From Bacteroidota bacterium (GTDB taxonomy: Bacteria > Bacteroidota > Bacteroidia > UKL13-3), in assembly GCA_040386055.1 (NCBI GenBank), contig JAZKGH010000103.1, positions 1 to 42,303 on the forward strand: DNA of 42,303 bases, read 5' to 3'. Shown piece after piece: positions 19,068 through 26,080 of the stretch. The position numbers and the translations under genes are program-made. Each line of letters starts with the position of its first letter. Position 1 is the first letter of the stretch. A model generated the notes under the pieces. The model saw only the letters and a program-made list of their open reading frames with translations, made no database searches and was not told the origin of the DNA.

Positions 19068-19505
19068 TTAAGCTTCTCCGCCTATCTCTTCACCTTCCTC
19101 GCCTTCTTCCGGAACAATACCTTCCATCAGGTTACGTATATCTTGTAACTCCTCGCGGTTGTATTTGTTATTGTAGTCAGCAAACAGGTCCATCAAATAA
19201 TCAAGGTTTGCTTTTCCATCATCATCCTGCAGATACAAGAAGGTATAATCACCACCATTCTCTTCAATATTTTCGTATGCCATACGAATCATACGCACAT
19301 AACCCGGTTCGTTCAGGTTTGTTTTCACATATTCACGTAACTCTTTTAGCTGTTCAACAACTTTAGCCCCAACGCCATCAGAAGCTAACGTCTTTTTAAT
19401 TTTATCGATTATCGGTTTCATATATTTATTTCTGTCGGGTGCGAAACTACTGCTTTTGTCCATTAATGAAAATACATTTGTTTGAAAATTAATCATTTTT
19501 ATCAT
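19068..19505 (-). CDS. Hypothetical small acidic protein
   Basis: Maximal ORF is 145 aa with an acidic tail, PEEGEEGEEIGGEA, and no recognised motif. The maximal start overlaps the divergent gene at 19504, so the real start is probably 19463 (MDKSS) or 19421 (MKPIIDKIKK). Confidence 0.5.
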   Translation of the reverse strand: MIKMINFQTNVFSLMDKSSSFAPDRNKYMKPIIDKIKKTLASDGVGAKVVEQLKELREYVKTNLNEPGYVRMIRMAYENIEENGGDYTFLYLQDDDGKANLDYLMDLFADYNNKYNREELQDIRNLMEGIVPEEGEEGEEIGGEA

Positions 19506-19878
19506 GGCTAAAGGAATCTATACCATTGTATTACTCATTGTTTCCAATTTGTTTATGACTTTTGCCTGGTACGGACACCTGCAATTTCAAAAGATCGACT
19601 GGCTCAAAAACACCGGATTAATTGGTATTGTCGCCATCAGTTGGGGTATTGCGCTGTTTGAATATGCATTTCAGGTTCCGGCCAATCGCATAGGCCATAT
19701 TGAGCATGGAGGTCCTTTCAGCATGTTCGAACTTAAAACCATTCAGGAAGCCGTTTCCATTTCGGTATTTGTGCTGGTCAATATTTACGTATTTAAAGAA
19801 GGAAACCTGCAATGGAACCATATTTTGGGCTTTGCGCTCATTGTGCTGGCTGTATTTGTTATTTTTAAGAAATGGTAG
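19504..19878 (+). CDS. Small DMT-superfamily membrane protein (DUF486-like)
   Basis: 124 aa with 4 TM helices. MAKGIYTIVLLIVSNLFMTFAWYGHLQF is typical of this conserved family as I remember it. Confidence 0.7.
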   Translation: MAKGIYTIVLLIVSNLFMTFAWYGHLQFQKIDWLKNTGLIGIVAISWGIALFEYAFQVPANRIGHIEHGGPFSMFELKTIQEAVSISVFVLVNIYVFKEGNLQWNHILGFALIVLAVFVIFKKW

Positions 19879-19915
19879 ACTGAAGAGAAGGAGTAAATGA
19901 ATAAATAAGAGAAAG

Positions 19916-20065
19916 TAGTCAGTTCGAGTAGATATAGGGTGGGTTGTATAAGGTGTTGTAGCAAGAACACCTCGGAGCCCTATGTTAATCTCGAGTGTTT
20001 TCCATGATATCGTCCCTTTTCGATACGCTCAAGGCAAAGCCCCAATATGCTACTCGAAGTGACTA
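19916..20065. repeat. Structured palindromic intergenic element (REP-like), ~150 nt
   Basis: Outer inverted arms tagtcagttcgagtagatat (19916-19935) and atatgctactcgaagtgacta (20045-20065) pair 19/20 with one bulge. Nested pairings: ataggg (19934-19939) / ccctat (19978-19983) and ggtgtt (19952-19957) / aacacc (19966-19971). It shares the tcgaagtg and ttcgata..ctca motifs with the hairpin at 23311-23369. Confidence 0.45.
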
Positions 20066-20066
20066 T

Positions 20067-21230
20067 CTATTGAGTTTCCTTTATAATTTCGGCTATTCTT
20101 TCATATAAATTTTCACCATACCCTGTGGTGACTAATTTAATAACCCCATTTTTCCCTATCAATACAAAATAAGGAAAGCTCTTAATCGAAAGTTTGTTAA
20201 AAGATTGCGGTTGAATAACGTATGTCTTATACAGCACATTCATCCGCTGATTGTGTTTCAGTATCTGCTCTCGTTTATCAAAGGGGTTGATGGATACAAT
20301 ATCCAATTGTGTCTTAAAATCATTTGCCAATCTGTTTAATGTTGGAATGGCCTCATTGCACGGCTTACAAGCTATGTAGGAAAAATCCAGGAGTACAAAT
20401 TTTTTCTCCGAAGCCGTAAGCAGAACGTCTATTTGCTGAAGTGATAAAAGCTGTAGCGAAGTGAATGCCTCTCCGTTATTAAAAAATGCTCTCACTTCTT
20501 TTGTGCCTGTATCATTCGAAAATGGTTGAGCAGTGTATTTTTTAATATTTCGGTAGGCTATCCAATGTTGTTCTAACTCATCGTTGCTGAGGTTATAGTT
20601 AAAAATGTAATGATCATATTGCACTTCTTTGTTGGCTAACGTAAACTTTGTTATGATTTCTTTTGGAAACCCGTTCTTTCTATAGAGTTCTATTTGAATT
20701 TTGGGTGATTCCAGCAGGTACGTACTGTCAGGTCCATTAAATGCTAACGTAACGGTAGTATCATTTAGATCACGAATCTGAATCCTTGAATAATCTGCAA
20801 AAAACCATTCGTGAAACTTTTGTGATTTGTCCAAAATCATTGGAAATAAAGGTTCCAGCAACCCTCCCACATCTATCTTTTCCGGATCAACTTTCTTTAT
20901 TTCATTAACAATTTTTGTTTGAGTATAATAGCTGTATTCTATAGCGGAAGTATCATACACCAGATATCTTGAGTACTCCTTTTCATGTATGGATATAAGA
21001 GCAAATGACGCGTTTTTTGCATACGAATAATCGGCAACAACACTGCCTTCTGTGATGGATGTATCGGAGTTATAAAAAGCCTTATGGTTTAACTTTACCT
21101 TCACAGAAACCACTGTTATTTTATCCGCTTTCGTTTGAATATCTTGAAGCACGGCACTAGTATCTACTTGCGCCTTTAGTTGAGCATTCATCCAAACCAA
21201 ACTAAATATGAGGAGTATCCTTTTCATCAC
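20067..21230 (-). CDS. Secreted TlpA-like thiol:disulfide oxidoreductase with an N-terminal extra domain
   Basis: Signal peptide MMKRILLIFSLVWMNAQLKAQ. The C-terminal thioredoxin fold has FVLLDFSYIACKPCNEAIPTLNRL (a CxxC motif, CKPC) and FPYFVLIGKNGVI. Confidence 0.75.
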   Translation of the reverse strand: MMKRILLIFSLVWMNAQLKAQVDTSAVLQDIQTKADKITVVSVKVKLNHKAFYNSDTSITEGSVVADYSYAKNASFALISIHEKEYSRYLVYDTSAIEYSYYTQTKIVNEIKKVDPEKIDVGGLLEPLFPMILDKSQKFHEWFFADYSRIQIRDLNDTTVTLAFNGPDSTYLLESPKIQIELYRKNGFPKEIITKFTLANKEVQYDHYIFNYNLSNDELEQHWIAYRNIKKYTAQPFSNDTGTKEVRAFFNNGEAFTSLQLLSLQQIDVLLTASEKKFVLLDFSYIACKPCNEAIPTLNRLANDFKTQLDIVSINPFDKREQILKHNQRMNVLYKTYVIQPQSFNKLSIKSFPYFVLIGKNGVIKLVTTGYGENLYERIAEIIKETQ

Positions 21231-21244
21231 CTACCTTATTATTA

Positions 21245-21278
21245 AATTAAACAAAGACCACCCTGCATAAGCAGGGTG
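21245..21278 (-). terminator. Rho-independent terminator downstream of the Cys-rich protein gene
   Basis: Perfect 8-bp stem caccctgc (21259-21266) / gcagggtg (21271-21278) with a 4-nt loop. On the minus strand it is followed by a T-rich stretch, tctttgtttaattt. Confidence 0.7.
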
Positions 21279-21301
21279 ATGTCTTCGATTTGAATTGCCC
21301 C

Positions 21302-21877
21302 TTATTCAAATACTATAGTGCTGGCACTTAAAATTACACCGGCACCTGATCCTGTAGGAAATAATGTACCGGTAGTGATCAGTTTACATTCACAACAGGC
21401 TTTATGTATACAATGAAATTTGTTTACAGGGCCACATATCATTCCAAGTTCACAATATGCCGAGCCGCTATAATCAGGTGGAGCTTCCTTGCAGTAACAT
21501 TCATTCACCTGAACATTCATGTTATTGGGAATAGCAACAGGATCTGCACCCGGCTCAAATGGTATTATCCAATAATGCAATCCGTTATCCGGAATAGTAA
21601 GTGTGTACAAACCGTTGTTGTTTTGTACAAACGGAACAGTGTTCTCAACTACCAGGTCACTTGGGATGTCTTTGTTATCCTGAATCTTAATTACTCTTTT
21701 TACCTTGATCTGTCCGTTCGCACCTCTTGTGAGTGTAAGGGAAGATGTAGTATTACACGAAATACTCGACTGGTAGGTTACAGAACTCCCATCCGCGGGC
21801 ACGATGGGATTATTTTGAGATACCGCTGCAAATACAGCGCAACACACTAATAAAAGTGTTACATAAAAGTGTTTCAT
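21302..21877 (-). CDS. Secreted cysteine-rich hypothetical protein
   Basis: 191 aa with signal peptide MKHFYVTLLLVCCAVFAAVSQ. The C-terminal third has 9 Cys (NECYCKE ... AYCELGMICGP ... FHCIHKACCECKL). I recognise no family. Confidence 0.6.
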   Translation of the reverse strand: MKHFYVTLLLVCCAVFAAVSQNNPIVPADGSSVTYQSSISCNTTSSLTLTRGANGQIKVKRVIKIQDNKDIPSDLVVENTVPFVQNNNGLYTLTIPDNGLHYWIIPFEPGADPVAIPNNMNVQVNECYCKEAPPDYSGSAYCELGMICGPVNKFHCIHKACCECKLITTGTLFPTGSGAGVILSASTIVFE

Positions 21878-22338
21878 TCTTAAAATGAATTGAGGTTAAA
21901 ATTTGATAGAGCCTTTGGTTTTTTATAACAGTTAGGCGTTTATGCTGTTAGTATTTGGAGCACTTAGTGAATACGGCTACTTGTTTGACTATTCCCCTTG
22001 AATAGTGTCAACTGTTGTGGTTGTTTTTGATTGCTTCTTATTTGCCTCCTTTCTTCATTAATTGTTTGTATTAATTTCTCAAGTGCCGGAAACACTATTT
22101 ATATGCGGTTCAAAAAGAACACTTGTCGTAATGCTCATTTTGAGAAAACACTTTTTGAGAAACATATTTAATGCGGGGAGTGAATAAGATGTAATCGCGT
22201 GGGGGTTTAACATAGGACCAGAGTTATTTGAATGCAAAGGAAAATGATTTTTTCTGAAATTATCAAATTAATAATTTTATTATCACTAGTAATAATATAA
22301 TTATCTGAATGTAAGTATATTATTTACAACCTTGCGGC

Positions 22339-22707
22339 ATGCATTTAGGCCTACGTATTAAAATTGCCCGCATCAGTAAGGGAATGACACAGGAAGAGCT
22401 GGCAGAAAAAATTAACAAGACAAGGCCCCTCATCAGTAGCATTGAACAAACGGGTAAAGCCAACTACTATACACTTAAGAAAATTTGCGAAGTACTGGGG
22501 TTAGAGTTAGATGAAATAACCAATCAGGTAAATGATCCTCAGGCTCCTTATGGATTAAACAAAAACACGAAACAAGCGGAACAACTGAAGCAACTGGAAA
22601 AAGAATTACAGCAATTGCAATTACTTACCCAATCTCAGGCTGATCTTATTGCTGCATTAAAAGAAAAGATTGCTTCACTTGAGAAAAAACCGAAAAACAA
22701 AAATTAG
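22339..22707 (+). CDS. XRE-family helix-turn-helix transcriptional regulator with a C-terminal coiled coil
   Basis: LRIKIARISKGMTQEELAEKINKTRPLISSIEQTGK is a classic Cro/C1-type HTH. The C-terminus AEQLKQLEKELQQLQLLTQSQADLIAALKEKIASLEKK has a heptad pattern. Confidence 0.8.
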   Translation: MHLGLRIKIARISKGMTQEELAEKINKTRPLISSIEQTGKANYYTLKKICEVLGLELDEITNQVNDPQAPYGLNKNTKQAEQLKQLEKELQQLQLLTQSQADLIAALKEKIASLEKKPKNKN

Positions 22708-23288
22708 CGGCTGGCTTGATTCCATCGCTCAGTCATTCTTAAAGTGTAACTGATAAAATCATCCAATCCCGCATCAAATAGTATATTTCCAAGGGTGTTT
22801 CCCTGTTCATCCAACACTTCTTTGGTATAGTGTGATTCAAAAATTTTAGCTGAAACAAAAGAATCCAAATCCGTATGGCTTATAATTTTATTCAGAATAG
22901 AATGAAGATGTAATGCCGGTGCTTTTCCTCCTTTACCGGTAGAAACACCAACGGTGGCAAATACCTTTTCGTCAAACAAATGCTTGAATGTATAGTCGCC
23001 TAAACGATGAAGGAAATTTAAAATTTCGGGTGTAGTACTCCAATTGTATTCCGGTGTAATCAGAATAATGGCTTGTGCCTCTTTCATTGCATTTGCTAAC
23101 TCTTGCTGAAATGCGGTAAATATTGATTCCTCAATCGGTCCCTGATTGATCAATGGAATATCATAATGCTGAAAATCCACCAGTGATGCCATATGACCCA
23201 TCTTGTTCAACCGAAGTTGAATGGCTTTCCCCACACGTATCGTATTGTTATTGGCCCGTGCCGAGCCGGATAGTATTGCTATGTTCAT
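22704..23288 (-). CDS. NAD(P)H-dependent FMN reductase family oxidoreductase
   Basis: MNIAILSGSARANNNT ... ITPEYNWSTTPEILNFL is the flavodoxin-like FMN reductase signature. The ORF track starts at 23309, but the ATG at 23288 fits the family N-terminus. Confidence 0.8.
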   Translation of the reverse strand: MNIAILSGSARANNNTIRVGKAIQLRLNKMGHMASLVDFQHYDIPLINQGPIEESIFTAFQQELANAMKEAQAIILITPEYNWSTTPEILNFLHRLGDYTFKHLFDEKVFATVGVSTGKGGKAPALHLHSILNKIISHTDLDSFVSAKIFESHYTKEVLDEQGNTLGNILFDAGLDDFISYTLRMTERWNQASR

Positions 23289-23310
23289 GTATGAGTTGAA
23301 GCTTGTCACA

Positions 23311-23369
23311 CTGAGTTTATCGAAGTGCTCACAGAAGACATTGCCGCAAGTGCGCTTCGATAAACTCAG
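23311..23369. repeat. Long palindromic hairpin (REP-like or terminator) downstream of the MeaB-like gene
   Basis: Arms ctgagtttatcgaagtgc (23311-23328) and gcgcttcgataaactcag (23352-23369) pair 17/18. The loop is 23 nt and there is no clear U-tract. Confidence 0.5.
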
Positions 23370-23377
23370 CGAGACAA

Positions 23378-24274
23378 TTATTTAAACTTAGAAACGTATT
23401 GGTACAGGTTAAAGTTTTGATCCTGCAACGCTACTTTAATTTCGTTTAGGAGTTGAGAGAATGAAATATCTTTTGTCCGCATATTTTTAATCAGGGTAAG
23501 TGCTTTTTCGGCTACCAATACAGCCTTGCGCAAATGATGTGTATCCGACTTCCCATGATTTTCAATTGCGGTCAATAGTTCGCTCAGTCCTTCATTTTTG
23601 GTTGCTATTGTTTTAATAACAGGCGCTTCCCACTCCTTTGTTGCGTGGCTATGCGCAAGTAATGTCAGGTTTTTGCAGAATGTACTCGCACCATCGCGAT
23701 CGGCTTTATTCAACACATAAATATCTGCAATTTCCATTACGCCACTTTTAATCGTTTGGATATCATCACCGGCCTCCGGCACTAAAGCAAGAATAGTTGT
23801 ATCCGCAAGCGAGGCAATTTCCACTTCACTCTGGCCAACTCCAACTGTTTCAATAATAATATAATCAAACCATGCAGCCTTCAACACATCTGTTACTTCC
23901 AGTATTTTGGGCGAAAGTCCACCCAGGCTTCCCCTGCTGGCCATGCTGCGAATAAATACATCAGGGTGTAAGAAATGATCGCTCATGCGCACCCTGTCGC
24001 CCATCAATGCACCATGGTTAAAGGGCGAACTTGGATCTATGGCAATCACGGCTACTTTCTTTCCGCCTTCCAACATCTGTTGTGTGAGTGCACTGATCAA
24101 CGTACTCTTTCCGGCACCCGGAGGACCGGTAATACCTATAACCGGTGTTTGGCTTGTTGGTAACGCTTGCAACAATTCTTCATACCCCGCTGTCTCATTT
24201 TCAACAAAGCTGATAGCGCGTGCCAAAGCTCGTTTATTGTGGTTTGCCAATTGTTGTAAAAGCGGATGTGCCAA
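23378..24274 (-). CDS. meaB: MeaB/ArgK-type G3E P-loop GTPase (methylmalonyl-CoA mutase accessory protein family)
   Basis: P-loop GITGPPGAGKSTLI, then ETVGVGQSE, then NKADRD. 298 aa. Confidence 0.85.
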   Translation of the reverse strand: MAHPLLQQLANHNKRALARAISFVENETAGYEELLQALPTSQTPVIGITGPPGAGKSTLISALTQQMLEGGKKVAVIAIDPSSPFNHGALMGDRVRMSDHFLHPDVFIRSMASRGSLGGLSPKILEVTDVLKAAWFDYIIIETVGVGQSEVEIASLADTTILALVPEAGDDIQTIKSGVMEIADIYVLNKADRDGASTFCKNLTLLAHSHATKEWEAPVIKTIATKNEGLSELLTAIENHGKSDTHHLRKAVLVAEKALTLIKNMRTKDISFSQLLNEIKVALQDQNFNLYQYVSKFK

Positions 24275-24329
24275 TGGATACTTTGTTATGCTTGCAAGTT
24301 TACGAATATTTCGGTGGGGAACACATGTC

Positions 24330-25433
24330 CTAATAAGTCCTTTTTTTCCACTGCATTTTTACGGGTAGTAAGAAAAAAACCTGTGTACAGATAGCAATAA
24401 TATTAGCATACACATCATACAACAACACCAGCAACACATTTTGACGCATGGTTAACCGGTGTTGCAACAACACTATAAACAGCGATTGCAGACCTACCTT
24501 TATGCCATACAATTGCAGCGCTAAAACAGGCTGATAAAAAAACAAAATGACAATAACCGGGAATAAAGAACCTAACACACCGAACAAAATCCACCAGTAA
24601 AAAGGTAATTCGCGGGCACCCGTTAACCAACGTTTACGCTGGTGCATCAACTGCAAAAACGAGCCAACCGGTCTTGATATATTCAAACTGTTTCGCGAAA
24701 TAATATTTTTTGTTTTCCAACCCTTTTTGCGCACCTGCTCATACAGTTTATAATCTTCGGTCACAGAAAAGTCAAGTGTTTCATATCCTCCAACACTCCA
24801 ATATGCTTCTTTTGTAATGGCCATATTATTCCCTACAGCAGTGCACCCCATACCAAGATTATCAAACCCCTTAATCAACCCCATATAGAATAACCAATCC
24901 AACCCCATCAACTGAGCAACTATTGGTTTATCATAAACCATTGTGAGTCCTGAAACGATAGCCATTTGGTCATCTGTAAAATGCGAAACCAACCCCTTTG
25001 CCCATTGTCGGTTTACAATAATATCCGCATCAGTAATAGCATATATGCTTCCTGTTGCTAGATGTGCAAGGTGTGCAAGTACATTGGCTTTACCCTTTGC
25101 TTTACCCATGCCGGTTGTAATATTCACCAGTTTAAATTCCGGTTTATCTTTTATAAATGCTGAAACCAAAGCCTCTGTTGTATCTTCCGACTGGTCATTA
25201 CCAACCAGTATCTGCAATTTGTTGCGGGGATAATCCAACTCATCCAACGCTTGTAAGCACTGCACAATATGTTGTTCCTCATTGCGCGCGGCAACCAATA
25301 CTGAAAGCATTGGCCATTCATTCTCGTCCAACCGTTTGGCCAAATCCGGTTTACCAGCAGCCACACTAAAAAACAATATCACCAGTATGATGATGTATAA
25401 ACCAACTATTCCTAAACAAATAAACGGAAGCAT
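24330..25433 (-). CDS. Processive family-2 glycosyltransferase (membrane-embedded, NodC / chitin / PNAG-synthase-like motif set)
   Basis: N-terminal TM helix, then LVAARNEE, GNDQSED, TDADI (DxD), VTEDYKL (TED) and QRKRW (QxxRW), followed by C-terminal TM helices. Confidence 0.85.
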   Translation of the reverse strand: MLPFICLGIVGLYIIILVILFFSVAAGKPDLAKRLDENEWPMLSVLVAARNEEQHIVQCLQALDELDYPRNKLQILVGNDQSEDTTEALVSAFIKDKPEFKLVNITTGMGKAKGKANVLAHLAHLATGSIYAITDADIIVNRQWAKGLVSHFTDDQMAIVSGLTMVYDKPIVAQLMGLDWLFYMGLIKGFDNLGMGCTAVGNNMAITKEAYWSVGGYETLDFSVTEDYKLYEQVRKKGWKTKNIISRNSLNISRPVGSFLQLMHQRKRWLTGARELPFYWWILFGVLGSLFPVIVILFFYQPVLALQLYGIKVGLQSLFIVLLQHRLTMRQNVLLVLLYDVYANIIAICTQVFFLLPVKMQWKKRTY

Positions 25434-25436
25434 CTT

Positions 25437-26051
25437 TTATGATAATTGTTTAAACGTAAACCCTTTGTCTGAAAGCTGTTTGAGCACTTCGGGCAATATC
25501 TGTTGCAATTGAGCCTTTGCTTTTTCGCTATCGTGAAACACAATAATAGAACCTTTTTGCGTAGCATCAACTGTTGCTTTAATAGCTCTTTGTATGTTCA
25601 CATGGGCATCAAAATCACGCGTTAAAATATCCCACATTATAATCTTGTAGCCTTGTTTCTTTAATTCACGAATTTGCAGCGGACCTATTCTTCCATAAGG
25701 AGGACGAAACAATTTACTCCCCACCACGGCAGCACAGCGCAAAACATTTTCGTAATATTGCCGATTGGGTGTAATCCATCCTTTTACATGATTGTAGGTA
25801 TGATTACCCGCAGCATGTCCTTGACTCAAAATAGAATCATAGATATCTTGAAACCTTGTAACGTTTTCGCCCACACAAAAAAAGGTAGCCTTTGCGTTAT
25901 AAGCACTTAATGTTTGAAGCACCCAAGGTGTAACTTCAGGGTGCGGGCCATCATCAAAGGTCAAAAACACGGTCTTATCATTTGTTTGAACCTTCCATGT
26001 AAGGGAAGGAATCATTAACGGAAGAAAAGATGGTAATGTGTGTTTAAACAT
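25437..26051 (-). CDS. Polysaccharide deacetylase (CE4 / NodB-homology domain)
   Basis: All CE4 motifs are present: TFDDGP, GNHTYNH, RPPYG and IIVFHD. 204 aa with no convincing signal peptide. The stop lies 3 nt from the GT2 start. Confidence 0.85.
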   Translation of the reverse strand: MFKHTLPSFLPLMIPSLTWKVQTNDKTVFLTFDDGPHPEVTPWVLQTLSAYNAKATFFCVGENVTRFQDIYDSILSQGHAAGNHTYNHVKGWITPNRQYYENVLRCAAVVGSKLFRPPYGRIGPLQIRELKKQGYKIIMWDILTRDFDAHVNIQRAIKATVDATQKGSIIVFHDSEKAKAQLQQILPEVLKQLSDKGFTFKQLS

Positions 26052-26059
26052 TATTTTTG
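26052..26059 (+). promoter_or_regulatory. Candidate -7 promoter box TATTTTTG upstream of the TolC-family gene
   Basis: Matches TAnnTTTG and lies 21 nt upstream of the ATG at 26081. Confidence 0.3.
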
Positions 26060-26080
26060 AAACGATACAATTGATTATCT

